From: Eledone cirrhosa | Lineage: Eukaryota | DNA length: 64,000 bases | Direction of reading: 5' to 3' | Assembly (NCBI GenBank): GCA_964016885.1 | Contig: OZ024744.1 | Span: 114,514,001-114,578,000 of the forward strand | Part shown: positions 47,701-59,689 of the stretch, in pieces | Position numbering within the stretch: the first letter of the stretch is position 1 | Layout of the letters: each line of letters begins with the position of its first letter | Position numbers and translations under genes: made by a program | The notes under the pieces: generated by a model | Database searches by the model: none | What the model saw: only the letters and a program-made list of their open reading frames with translations | Told to the model about the DNA's origin: nothing

Positions 47701-48856
47701 GCAAATTTTGTACAGAGGTACTGTCAGTAAAGTCAGGGTAGGAATGAAGTTTAGTGAGGAATTCCAGATACAAGTTGGAGTATATCACGGTTCGGTCCTC
47801 AGCCCGCTCTTGTTCATTATAGTCCGCCAAGCCATAACAGAGGAGTTTAAAACTGGCTGTCCATGGGAATTTCTCTATGCTGACGATCTTGTTCTTATAG
47901 CAGAATCAGTAGAGGAGCTAGAGAATAAATTCTGGCTAAGGAAACAGCAGTTGAAAGCAAGAGGACTTAGAGTGAACCTAGCTAAGACAAAAGTGTTGAT
48001 GAGTAGAAAAAAGGACAAAACTCTGATTCCGTCAGGGAAATGGCCATGTTCGATATGCAGAAAAGGAACTGGCATAAATTCTATAAAATGCACACAATGC
48101 AGATCCTGGGTACACAAGAGGTGTAGCGGGATAGCAGGCAAACTAACAGGTAGGGAGAAATATGTATGCAGTAGATGTACAGGGAAATTAGACAGTAGAA
48201 GTCGCACTGATAGACACATTTTTCAAATGCAGGCGGGTGCTATAGAAATGGTGGATAGCTTCCGGTACCTAGGAGATCAGATTAACATGGGAGGAGGGTG
48301 TTCCGAGGCCATAGTATCTAGAATAAAGACGAGTTGGAAGAAGTTTAGGGAGCTGCTTCCTCTGCTGACGAAGAAGGGTTTCTCCCTGCGTACGAAAGAC
48401 CGGTTATATGATGCCTGTGTGAGGAACGCGATGCTGCATGGTAGTGAGACATGGGCAGCAACTGCAGAGGATATGCGACGGCTGGAGAGAAATGAGGCAA
48501 GCATGCTCCGTTGGAGTGCAACGTCAATGTGCGTGAACGACCCAGCATGAATGTGTTGAGAGAGAAACTGTGTCTGAGAGGGATAGAGTGTAGTGTACGG
48601 GAGAGGAGACTGAGGTGGTATGGACATGTGATGCGCATAGAGAATGACCGATGGGAGAAGAAGTGCCAGGAAATGCCAGTTGAAGGAAGACGTAGTAGAG
48701 GTAGACCACGAAAAACAGGGGCGGAGGTGGTGAGAACAGATCTCAGATCATTGAAGCTCACGGTGGAGATGACGAAGGACCGTGACAAGTGGAGAGATGC
48801 TGTGCTAAATAAGACCCGTCCCACCCTTGCAAGCAGGGAAAAGCGGACGTAAAATC

Positions 48857-48887
<31 letters not shown>

Positions 48888-48890
48888 CGA
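44795..48890 (+). mobile_element. Full-length RTE LINE family B, degenerate, interrupted by a solo LTR
   Basis: APE 45043-45598 + 46362-46560; linker 46576-47226; RT 47183-48550 (YADDL, PHD insert); C-terminus to 48852; (GAT)n tail. Confidence 0.93.
45599..46357 (+). mobile_element. Solo LTR inserted in the RTE endonuclease
   Basis: TGTAGCG...CGTTAAA termini; tgta/agta 4-bp TSD; removal restores EFCDACTLTICNTNF; TATATAAA near 45731; internal ~80-bp tandem duplication. Confidence 0.75.
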
Positions 48891-48991
48891 TATATATATA
48901 CATATATACATATATATATATATATATGTACATACATATATATATACATATGTACATATATATATATATACATATATACATATATATATAT

Positions 48992-49540
48992 GGTGGCTGC
49001 CAACTCGTTTTCGAGTACGGCCACTACCTTATATCGATGTAGGAGAACCCCTACCGATGCGCTGAACAAGTGTGACTTTTTACTCCAGCCAGCAACTTGG
49101 AAACCCTAGTACAAACACTACACTTGTGACAATTATTGACCAATAGTGCTGGTCCCATGGTACCATGTGACGACAAGTGCAGAGAGATTTCCAGATATAA
49201 AGCAATGCCTGTGCCGTGAAGCTTTTATAGTGAGCAAAGGCACTGCACAAAGCCAGTCCCACTCTCTTAACCAAGATGATATTTACCAAAAAGAAGAACA
49301 AGTCAACATCATTGGATACCATCAGGGTTGCAGGTGTTATATCAGAGTTTTCCTTCTCCTAGAATTCTGCCTTGACAAAGGCTAAGGGGTCATCTCTCCC
49401 GGTGATTTTGGATGGCCATTGACTCTTAAGAGCTCCTTTGCCCTTTGACAGGTTTTGTTTGTAGTCCTGCAGGATGTCCAAAGTCACCCTCCTCACCAAG
49501 AAACCTTGGTGGGGTTGTCAGTTTAGTCGCCAACTACCCT
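48992..49540 (-). mobile_element. Non-autonomous bipartite RTE derivative (5'UTR + 3' tail, no ORF)
   Basis: 49202-49404(-) aligns with RTE 5'UTR 20876-21097; its 3' end ggccgtactcgaaaacgagttggcagccacc(AT)n matches the RTE end at 24979-25010. Confidence 0.85.
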
Positions 49541-49639
49541 AAACAAATAAATAAATGAATAAATTAATAAATAAATAAATGAAGAAATGAAGAAAAGAAG
49601 AAAAAAAGATATAAGAGAAAAGAGGAATAAAAACAAAAC

Positions 49640-50200
49640 AAAGGGAAGACGTGGGGAGAATAAAGAGAAAACGAAGGGGAACAAAGAAAAACAAAGAAAA
49701 GGAAAAGGAAAAGGAAAATATGAAATAGAGGGGAGAATAAAAAACTGTTGTATTCAAAGGCTAGATAAAATAAGAAATCAAAAATCTATTCACATATATC
49801 AATGAATATCACTTGTATTGGATTACGCTTTAGCTAATTATACTTTTATATTATATCCAGATTATTAGGTATAGAATACTTTCTATCGCAATCAAATATT
49901 TAAGTTAATTACACATTTATATAATTTACTTTAGCTCATTCTAGATTATTATAATTTTTTAATTTTAAGGTAAGATATTCTATTAATATTTTAGTACAAC
50001 TTTAAAAGAATTAATCTTTAAAGACTAATTAAATAATTATTAAATATGTATTAAAATATAATAATTATTTAAATAGGCTTTAAAGATTAATTCTTTTAAA
50101 GTTGTAGTAAAATATTAATAACATTTGAATACAACGGTTTTTTATTCTCCCCTCTGTTTCATATTTTCATTTTCCTTTTCTTCGTTTTTCTTTATTCTTG
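49640..50200. repeat. Imperfect fold-back with a deletion in one arm
   Basis: 49981-50042 pairs with 50059-50120; 49705-49758 pairs with 50124-50180. Confidence 0.75.
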
Positions 50201-50492
50201 TTTAGGCAATCACTATTGCGTAATCTCGTGATTGCTTAAACACGAGAAGTGAATTTTTCACACGTTGTCCACACGTCACCAAACATCTATTGCATAACTA
50301 CAAGGCTCCGGACTGATTCTCTGTAATTTTACTTTTAAATTTTTTTGCTTTATTTTATTTTCAACCAAAAAACTTTCCGGACTTTCGCAGTTATCTCCCT
50401 TACACCCCCCGCACGCAGTCTACTATTGCCTGTGTGAAGTGACCGAGTTTCTGCGCATGCGCGTTCGTACGGTTGTCCTTCCTGTTCCTATA

Positions 50493-50550
50493 ACCATATA
50501 CATCCCGAGCTGAGGATCCGCGAAGGTGAAACAATTGTTCTCGGTATGGT
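50493..50550 (+). ncRNA. Type-I hammerhead with bulged extended stem I
   Basis: accata-tacatc-ccgag CTGAGGA t-cc-gcgaa-gg-t GAAA caattg TT ctcgg-tatggt; palindromic ACAATTGT. Confidence 0.8.
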
Positions 50551-50638
50551 GAACTAACTGTTGTGTAACCACTTCTACCTAACTCGTCCCTTGGACTGAG
50601 TGCTCTACCACTACGGATATTACCTTCCAGTGTTCCAC

Positions 50639-50691
<53 letters not shown>

Positions 50692-50732
50692 CACATATAT
50701 ACATACATATATATACGCATATACACATATAT

Positions 50733-50763
<31 letters not shown>

Positions 50764-50802
50764 TATAAACACACACACACACACATACACACACACACAC
50801 AC

Positions 50803-50870
<68 letters not shown>

Positions 50871-51016
50871 ATACTTTGCGAGGGTCATGTTGCCAATAAG
50901 AAACACACGCACCAGTTGCTTTCACTTCAATTTATTATAATAAATTCATAAATTTAGGAATTTATAAATTTCCGGTTGGTTGGTTGGTTCCACAACCAGA
51001 TGGTTGTTTATATATT

Positions 51017-51059
51017 GTCAAAGTTCTTTCGTCACACATTCTGTGACCTCTTCAGTGAC
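51017..51059 (-). ncRNA. Minimal hammerhead, left arm
   Basis: gtca CTGAAGA g gtcaca-gaatg-tgtgac GAAA g-aa-c TT tgac. Confidence 0.75.
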
Positions 51060-51230
51060 TGGGGATTCTTTTCTTTGTTTTTGTGCCTCTGCTTTGTTCT
51101 GTCCTACGCCATCTTGTTTTTGTGTGTGTTGTGTGCTTAGTTTGCGCATGTGTTACATCCGGGTGTCTGTGTGTGTTTATATTCGTTTATAAACACACAC
51201 AGACACACAAAACAAAGAAAAGAATCCCCA

Positions 51231-51273
51231 GTCACTGAAGAGGTCACAGAATGTGTGACGAAAGAACTTTGAC
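51231..51273 (+). ncRNA. Minimal hammerhead, right arm
   Basis: Identical motif on the + strand. Confidence 0.75.
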
Positions 51274-51481
51274 AATATATAAACAACCATCTGGTTGTGG
51301 AACCAACCAACCAACCGGAAATTTATAAATTCCTAAATTTATAAATTTATTATAATAAATTGAAGTGAAAGCAACTGGTGCGTGTGTTTCTTATTGGCAA
51401 CATGACCCTCCCAAAGTATAACAATATCGGTTTCAACACACGTTTTCAGATAAAGAATCTTGCTAAACAAATTCAGAAACG

Positions 51482-54079
51482 ATTCAATTTTTAGGTTATG
51501 TTGGTTAAAGAGATTACGTATATTGTTCTTAATAATATTAAGTTTAACTATATTGCAATTTAGGATAGTAAAGAGTCCATCGTCACGATAAATTCCACCG
51601 CGAAGTTTGAGTCGGAAAATTCCTCAACTTCGCGGTGGAATTTATCGTGACGATGGACTCTTTACTATCCTAAATTGCAATATAGTTAAACTTAATATTA
51701 TTAAGAACAATATACGTAATCTCTTTAACCAACATAACCTAAAAATTGAATTTGATAATAGTATCAAACTAGCTAATTTCTTGGATGTATCTCTTAATCT
51801 TGACACTGGCCTATATTACCCTTACCATAAAAACAATGAGAATCTTAATTATGTTAACTTTAAATCTAACCATCCTACCAATATCAAGAATGCTATAGTT
51901 AATAATATTGGAAATAGAATATCTAACATATCTTCTAATAAAAACATCTTTGATGCTAACGCCAATTACTATAATAACGCACTTTCTAAAGCCGGCTATC
52001 CAGATAAAATCAAATATAATAAAGAAACAAATTCTAGGAAAACTTACAGTAGAATAATTAATCTTGACCATTCCAATAATTTTAATAAAAGACCTAGATA
52101 CAAAAACATAATCTGGTATAATGCTCCTTTCTCCATCTCTATTAATAACAATATTCCTAAATTATTTTTTAGTGCCTTAAATAAATGCTTCCCTCCCTCA
52201 CATATCTATAGTAAAATATTTAACAAACACACCATCAAATTTTCGTATTCTACATCCTCCAATATTTCCAACATCATCTCTAAACACAACAACAAAATAT
52301 TAAATACTAAATCTCTTCCTTCCAATATTGAATTTCATAATAACAGTAATAGTACTCCCGACGTCATTGTAAACCCTAGGCTAACTTCTGTAAACCCAAA
52401 TACAACGTCAAACACAACTTCGCTAAATGTTCATAATCCAACTCTAAATCAAGAAACTATTATTCCTATTATTCCTATGGCAAACAACTTCTCCAATCCA
52501 ATTCCTTCTATAGATCACTCATTAATAATCACTCATTAATAATCTCTCTAATTGCAACTGCCGCATTAAAAATAAATGTCCTCTCAACAACCATTGCCTC
52601 GATAAAAACTTAATTTATGAATGTAAAATTATAACTAGCACCAATTCCTTCACCTATTTTGGCTCCACTTCCACCTCTTTTAAAGCTCGTCTCTATAATC
52701 ATCATTCATCTTTCAAATACAAACTTAAAAGAACTAACACTGCTCTCTCAGAACTCATATGGTCCTTAAAAGACAAAAACATTAAATATAACATCTTTTG
52801 GAAAAAGATTTCTTCTGCATCCTCATACTTGAACAACTCTCTATCTAAAATCTGTAATCTCTGCCTAAATGAAAAATTTACCATTATCTCTAACCTAGAA
52901 TCTATAATAAATAGACGCTCAGATTTGTTTTCTATCTGCCTGCATAAATTCCATAGAACTTTTCACAAAGTATACAGTTAATATTCAATTCTTTATCAAT
53001 TTAGAATCTTTTCTCAAAGGCACATATACATACACCTCTTTAAAATATACCCATCTACCTTACTTTAAAGGGCATTATACACTCTATAATACTTGTTTAC
53101 TCATTACCCTCATTCTATCTTCTCGTAAAATAATAACATTTGTTTTTGACATTTTGAATATTCATCCGCAATCATTATTATTTTTTCTCTCTATCATAAA
53201 TCTTTTTAATCTCAATTTCATCCTTAATTTATCATTATTTTTTTCTCCCCATCAACGAACTCATTATTAATACATATCAATTCAATATACAAACTTTAAC
53301 TTCACATTATTTTTCTCAAATCCTTCTACACTTCTCAAATCCTTCTACCTTAACAATTTTTCTCTTCGCTAATTTTGAAATTGCCACAATACATACATTT
53401 CTTCTTTTGACGTTAGAATATTCACCCACAATTATTATTTTTTTCTCTCTATCTTCATACATAATTTCCCTTCGTTAATTTTCAAATTCCTTTAATTTAT
53501 ACATTATCTTCCAACGGTTCCCAACCTCTCTATATTAAAACAATATATCTTTTTCTCAGTTATAAAAACTATCTCTTTCTCTCTATCACCCATCTCTCCC
53601 TCTCCACCTTCACTCTCATCTCCCCCCCCCCTTTTTTTTTTCATCCTTTCCACCCCACCCTCCCTAAATAAAATATTTTTTCCTCGCACATATCCTCCCT
53701 TCGTTAATTTTCAAAATTTTTAATTTATACAGTATCTTCCAACGGTTTTCAACCCCTCTATGTAAAAAATATATCTCCTCTCAGTTATAAAAACTATCTC
53801 TTTCTCTCTATCACCCATCTCTCCCTCTCATCTCCTTCCCTTTTCATCCTTCTCCCCCCCCCTCTCTAAATAAAATATTTTTCACAATATCACACATCAA
53901 TCTAAAACCACTTTTCATATGTTGATTTAAAACTGCACTATCAACAAGTGTTTTTTTAGCCTTCATATCATGTTCTCCTGTTTTATCTGATGAAAACACA
54001 AATATTATTGCTTGATGATGTTTGTTTTTGAAATGCGCATAATAAAATATATGGAACTCCTTTAACCATCTTTTGATCT

Positions 54080-54085
<6 letters not shown>
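51482..54085 (+). mobile_element. 5'-truncated Naiad-like PLE with a 126-bp fold-back at its 5' end and a long 3'UTR
   Basis: ORF 51607-52539 (GGIYRDDGL, FLDV, YHKNN); frameshifted GIY-YIG 52550-52980; 51482-51607 is the reverse complement of 51626-51751; tandem duplication 53468-53680/53697-53882. Confidence 0.9.
53981..54047 (+). ncRNA. Type-I hammerhead at the PLE 3' end
   Basis: ttttat CTGATGA aaacacaaatat..atgtttgttttt GAAA tgcgca TA ataaaa; palindromic ATGCGCAT. Confidence 0.85.
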
Positions 54086-54140
<55 letters not shown>

Positions 54141-54669
54141 TGCTACTGTACGTCTGTATACATATATGTATGTACGTATACATACATACTCACATTTAAG
54201 TAAGTGCCATACTAAGAGTGAGAAATGAAATTTCGTTTTCATTTTTTTCAACTTATATATATATATATATATATACATTTATATATACATATATATACAT
54301 ATATTCATATACATATACACACAGACATACATATATATATATATAATTACATATATATACATACACATACATACATACACACACATATACACACGTACAC
54401 ATATATACTCATATATATATATATATTTATATATATATATACACATACACACACATATACATATATATATACACATATACATATATACATATACATACAT
54501 ATATATATATATATATATACATATATATACACATACATACACATACATGCACATGCACATACATACATATACATATACACACACACTCATACACACATAT
54601 ATATACATATACACACATACACCTATATACATATATATATACACGCATAAACACATAAAAATACACAAA

Positions 54670-56550
54670 GGGGAAACTTTAAGGAAACAATCAAGATATC
54701 AAAAACCATCCAATAACATAAATTAAAATTAAGTAACATAAAATACAAGTAGAGAAAAGTAAAGTATAAGTTATAAGTTTGAAACGTAACAAAACGAAGG
54801 TAGGGTTGGGAAGGGAGGGGGCCGCGGGGGAGTGTGTTTAATGTTTAATGTCGATTCCGTTGTCATATGGGATCATCGTTCAGGGGGAAGAACTGGTCTA
54901 TATGACTTGTAAGTTGCATAGGTTTTGTGCATGGAATTCGGGTAGTGTTCTGAGAGTCTATTGAGTAAGGGTCCTTTGGCGAATAGTATTTCGTAACTCT
55001 CGGAAATACAAAGGTCACAACAATTATGACCTCCTGTGTAAGACCGCGCTCTCCGGAGTAGTTTCCATTTGAGCGTAAAGGGGATGGAGTTCCTTTTTAG
55101 GTCCCAGACATGGGCGGCGAGTGTTTTTTGGTTGGACTTGTCCGGGTGTCGAAAAGAATGGGTGTGTGCGTACCAACGGGTCTTAAAGTTATTGGAGGTC
55201 ATCCCGATATATCTTTCTCTCTTCATCAAGGCCTGAGATGACATCACATTTGTATACAATATCCTTTGTAAGGCATTTATTGCTGAAGGGGCATGCAGCC
55301 TTATCGTGGCAGTTGCACAGGACCTCAGTACCGGGATGGGTTTCGGGGGTAGTAGACTTATTTAACTTAGTAATATTAATATTGGCTAAGTTCCTAGCTA
55401 GATTTGGTGTAGTGGAGTAAGAGAGTCTGATTGTATTCTTATTAAAGATGGTGTAGTACTTATGTTGTGTGGGGAAGTGTTTGTGCAATAGAGTAAAGAA
55501 ATATTTTGCATAGGTGTAGATACCTCGCGGTTGAAATGGGGGTTGTACCAGCTAATTTGCCTCTTTCTATTCCTCCTGGGTGGGCATGGGGCTATTCTGA
55601 GATAAGAGATCATATCTTTAAAACCGCTTTGGGCTAAGGCTTCGTTGTAATAGGGGGCCGCGGCCCTAAAGATATCCTCATTGGCGGAGAGGCCAGAGAT
55701 CCTAAGGGAGACACTTTTAACTAAATTATCTGTGATGTTCTTGGGGTGATTCGAGTTAACGTCTACATATCTAAGGGATTCGTTAGGTTTGTGGTACGGA
55801 TAATAAAGGGAGGCTTCTAAATCGAGAGTTACATCTAAGAAATTGGCTTTAGTTAAACTCGAATCTATAGTTATTCTGAGGCCTAGGTTATTGAAAAAAG
55901 CGTTAAGGTTTTTCCGAAACCCATCGGTAGTCCTGGGGTTAATTTTATGCAGGGCAAAGAGGCCGTCCTCTCGGTATAATCCGCCTGTAAGGCCTGTGAA
56001 GAGGGTTTCCATCCCGTTAAGGATAAACAGGCCCACCAGATCACAAATTTCAGCCGAGTCACTAGCACCCATGTTGACATCGAAGGGAGTATCCGTTTTT
56101 TTTTTGTTTATCCAGTAGGACCCGTTACGGTACAAAAAGGTCTCTTACGTGCATGGAGGATCACATCCTGCTCGGCGTCGGTTATGGTGGTTAGGTTTCT
56201 TGCGAAAGCAATTGCATCCTTCAGCAGGGACTCAGAAATAGAGGCGTAGTAATCCTCAATGTCAAGTTTCAGGAAACGGGTGTTGTGTTTGTCAGGCAGT
56301 TCTTGGAACCATGAGATTGCTTCGGATGTTCTACTCCAGAATGGGAGAGGTGAGGCTGCACGCAGTGTCGGTAGTATCATGTCCAGGATCTTCTTGCTGA
56401 CAGATCCTATGTCGGATTTTGTGGGGTTTATTAGCCGGACCGATGGTTTATTGGTGAAGTTTCCCTTGTGGTCCTTAAAGGTAAAATGCAAGGCCTTTAC
56501 CCTCAAAGGTTCAGTCCTATCTTCCAGTTTAAGGGAAATGGCGATGTTTT
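54670..56550 (-). mobile_element. Naiad-like PLE, 5'-truncated and frameshifted
   Basis: FKDHK..RLINPTKSDIG, MGASD, GLYREDGL (DD changed to ED), CNCH..CPF..C, YIGMT, CDLC..E. Confidence 0.9.
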
Positions 56551-56756
56551 TTCAATATTGTACTATAGAATAAGGAAGTGTTTATTTCAATAACAAAACT
56601 TTCAATAACAAAACTTCTTTCTCTAAATAAATTTTGTTTTTTCTAAGAATCCCCATCCTTTAATCCCACCATGACCGTTACCACCCCCACCCCCAACCAC
56701 TACCCTTCCGTTAGCATGACAAAATGTATAAATACCAGAAATTTATATTGACAGTC

Positions 56757-56806
56757 GGCTTTCTGATGATTTCCTCCGAATGAAACAGTTCTAGTCCTGT
56801 AGAGCC
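56757..56806 (+). ncRNA. Degenerate type-I hammerhead
   Basis: ggcttt CTGATGA t-ttc-ctcc-gaa-t GAAA cag-ttctagtc-ctg T agagcc; register at the cleavage site is off by one nucleotide. Confidence 0.55.
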
Positions 56807-56817
56807 ATTTCTATATT

Positions 56818-56872
<55 letters not shown>

Positions 56873-56966
56873 ACAGATATATATATACATATATATATAT
56901 ATGTATATATATATAGATATAGATATATGTATATATATGTATATATATAAGTATATATATATATAC

Positions 56967-57022
<56 letters not shown>

Positions 57023-57431
57023 GTATATATATGATATATATATGCATATATATAGATATAAACGTGCCGACACACACACATACATATACGCACACATGCA
57101 TTGCACACTGATGGGCACATACATATTTGTACACAAGTATTCCAATACGGCAGGGGCTAATGGATTCCCCTTGCAGTACGTACAATCTGGACACTCACAC
57201 ACACCTTGGTGTTATGACAATACTATATATCATTTCACACCTTTTATTATTAAGGTTTTTGATGTTCTCTTGAGAGAATCGTTTTTGCTGAAAATATCGA
57301 ATAATGTACACCATTTTTACCAGTATCACAAAAATACTGGTCCACCCACCCACACACACACACACATATACACACATATATACACACACACACATATATA
57401 TACACACACACATACACTAACATACAAAGAG

Positions 57432-57491
<60 letters not shown>

Positions 57492-58358
57492 TTCTCCGTA
57501 TAAGACAAGAGCTGAAAAATATCTTTCAACATGTTAAAATATCCCCCAACCACGTACAGACACATTCCTACTGACCGATCCCTCTACCACGAATTACTCT
57601 GCTACACACACACACACACACACACATATTTGTCTTAATAGGCACCTGAACTGTTGACCTGTCAACATGACTGCAATTCACACACACATCCCTACTGACC
57701 ATTATCACAACAATGAATCTCTTTACTACACACACACACACACACATATTTGTCCTAAAAGTCTTATTTTTCAAAAAGACACTCTTCGACAAACCTACAT
57801 TTGGCGCAAAATCAATTTTTAACATTTACGTGACCTCTACCGACCAATCAAAATTGTTTTGACCACAAGAATTTTTGCAACACGATTGGCGCGAAACTTA
57901 TTTTAATACCTCTGGTTTTACATAAAACAGGTAGAATTTCCAAAACTGACTAGATTAGAGCAAACATCACGGGCGCTCTATCTCAAAATTATTTTTGAAA
58001 AGCATTAGAAATGCGCAACCGGTAAAAACTTAAAACTAAAACTGAATACTAACCAATACTTATTACTAATTTTTTACTTATTCCTAATTAAACTATTTTT
58101 CACTGGGAACAATTTGTCAGCATTTTCTTTTCCTTTTACCAATATATATATATATATATACATTTGAAATACACAGTTGAAAATTGCAAACTTGACTGTC
58201 ACCACAGAATAGGAACCTGAAGATTGCGAAAGCATGACAAGTACTTCTTGATTAACATGTAACATTTAATATTCTACCATACTATTTCATTATATCATTA
58301 TAATTTTAAAGGATTGTAAATAAAACGAGTAAATCAGACAAGGTTGGAATTCCTTTTA

Positions 58359-58412
<54 letters not shown>

Positions 58413-59513
58413 CGTGGTACGACAACCAGAGATATCAGAGTGTCATGTTTGTGGACGCCACCCCTGGAGGGAAATTAGCTAACCAGTGTAGAAAGGCCCT
58501 GAGAAAGACCCACTTAAAAATAAAGGTGGTAGAAAAGCCAGGAACCACCATAAAATCCCTGATCAGCAAAACCTACCCTTTTAAGAAAACCCACTGTACC
58601 AATAGGAAATGTATCATATGTAAGGTGAACCCCCGGATAAACTGTAAAACTAGAAATGTAGTCTATAGCATAAGATGTACAGAGGGTACTTGCAGAAACA
58701 TGACAACAACATACATAGGTGAGACAGCTCGTAGCATAGGTGAAAGGATAGACCAACACTGGGGGGAACTAAAAGGACGAAAAAACGGGTCAGTACTATA
58801 CGAACATGCTAGACAACAACATGACGGTAACATAGACAACATAGAAATTAGAATAATATCTAAACATAGGAATGACCCAGCAGATAGGCAAATCAGAGAG
58901 GCCAGTGAAATAGAAATTAGAAAACCAAAGCTAAACAGAAAGAATGAGTGGAACAACAACAACACCCAAACAAACAACACTGACCTAAGAGAAGTATAAA
59001 TAAGTAAATAAAATTAAATAAAATAAGATAAATAAATACATACACAAGCACATAAACACACACTAGTCACCCAGCAGACACAACACTATACACACTAGTC
59101 ACACATCACACTATACACACACGCAAACGCATGCGCAAAGAAGACAAAATAAAATAAGATAAACAAACAAGCAAATAAATAAATAAATATATAGACAGAC
59201 TGAACAAAAAAAAAAATGGCGTAGACATACAACACAACAGGAGGAACAATGAATATAACACCACTGACGATGTTGCAGATGTGCAACGAAAGATTTATGT
59301 AAATTATGTAAACTATATATATGTGTTTGTGTCTATATTGTATCTGTATTATTTTTGACCGCCGGTCAGTCAATGGCAACATTGAGGACCGAGTAAGTTA
59401 GATCGCAGATATATATATATAAAAGACAGCGAGAAGCGAAAACCAACCAAACAGTGAGTGTGTTCTGTTATTAATTCTGGCAATATTACGCAAATATGAC
59501 CCTCCCCAAATAT

Positions 59514-59520
<7 letters not shown>
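58413..59520 (+). mobile_element. 3' fragment of the Neptune-like PLE (Cys linker + GIY-YIG + pLTR) in (TA)n
   Basis: ORF 58445-58999 HCTNRKCIIC..NC..NVVY..C..YIGETAR..RQIRE; homologous to 7356-8015 and 15346-16240. Confidence 0.92.
59262..59299 (+). ncRNA. Minimal hammerhead in pLTR
   Basis: ca CTGACGA t gttgca-gatg-tgcaac GAAA gatt TA tg; perfect 6-bp stem II that covaries with gtcaca/tgtgac in sister copies. Confidence 0.68.
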
Positions 59521-59554
<34 letters not shown>

Positions 59555-59689
59555 GGAATAGTATGGTAGAATATTAAATGTTAAATGTTAATTGAAAAAG
59601 TACTTATATATATATATATATATGGGAGGAAGTAATAGTTCACTTGAAGCATTGTGTATATATATATAAACGTTTGTATATGTATAATA

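Larger units (their letters stand above)
50863..51427. repeat. ORF-less fold-back of a Neptune-like pLTR
   Basis: Arms ~50863-51081 and ~51208-51427; tail atgaccctcccaaagtataacaatat is shared with 16216 and 59496. Confidence 0.9.

Noticed and set aside
50201-50246. Hairpin tttaggcaatcac...gtgattgcttaaa resembling a Helentron/DINE-1 terminus
   Set aside because: No matching second terminus or Rep/helicase remnant found; insufficient support
57500-58070. Unique-looking segment with CCAAT-like boxes and short internal repeats
   Set aside because: No ORF, termini or second copy to support any call
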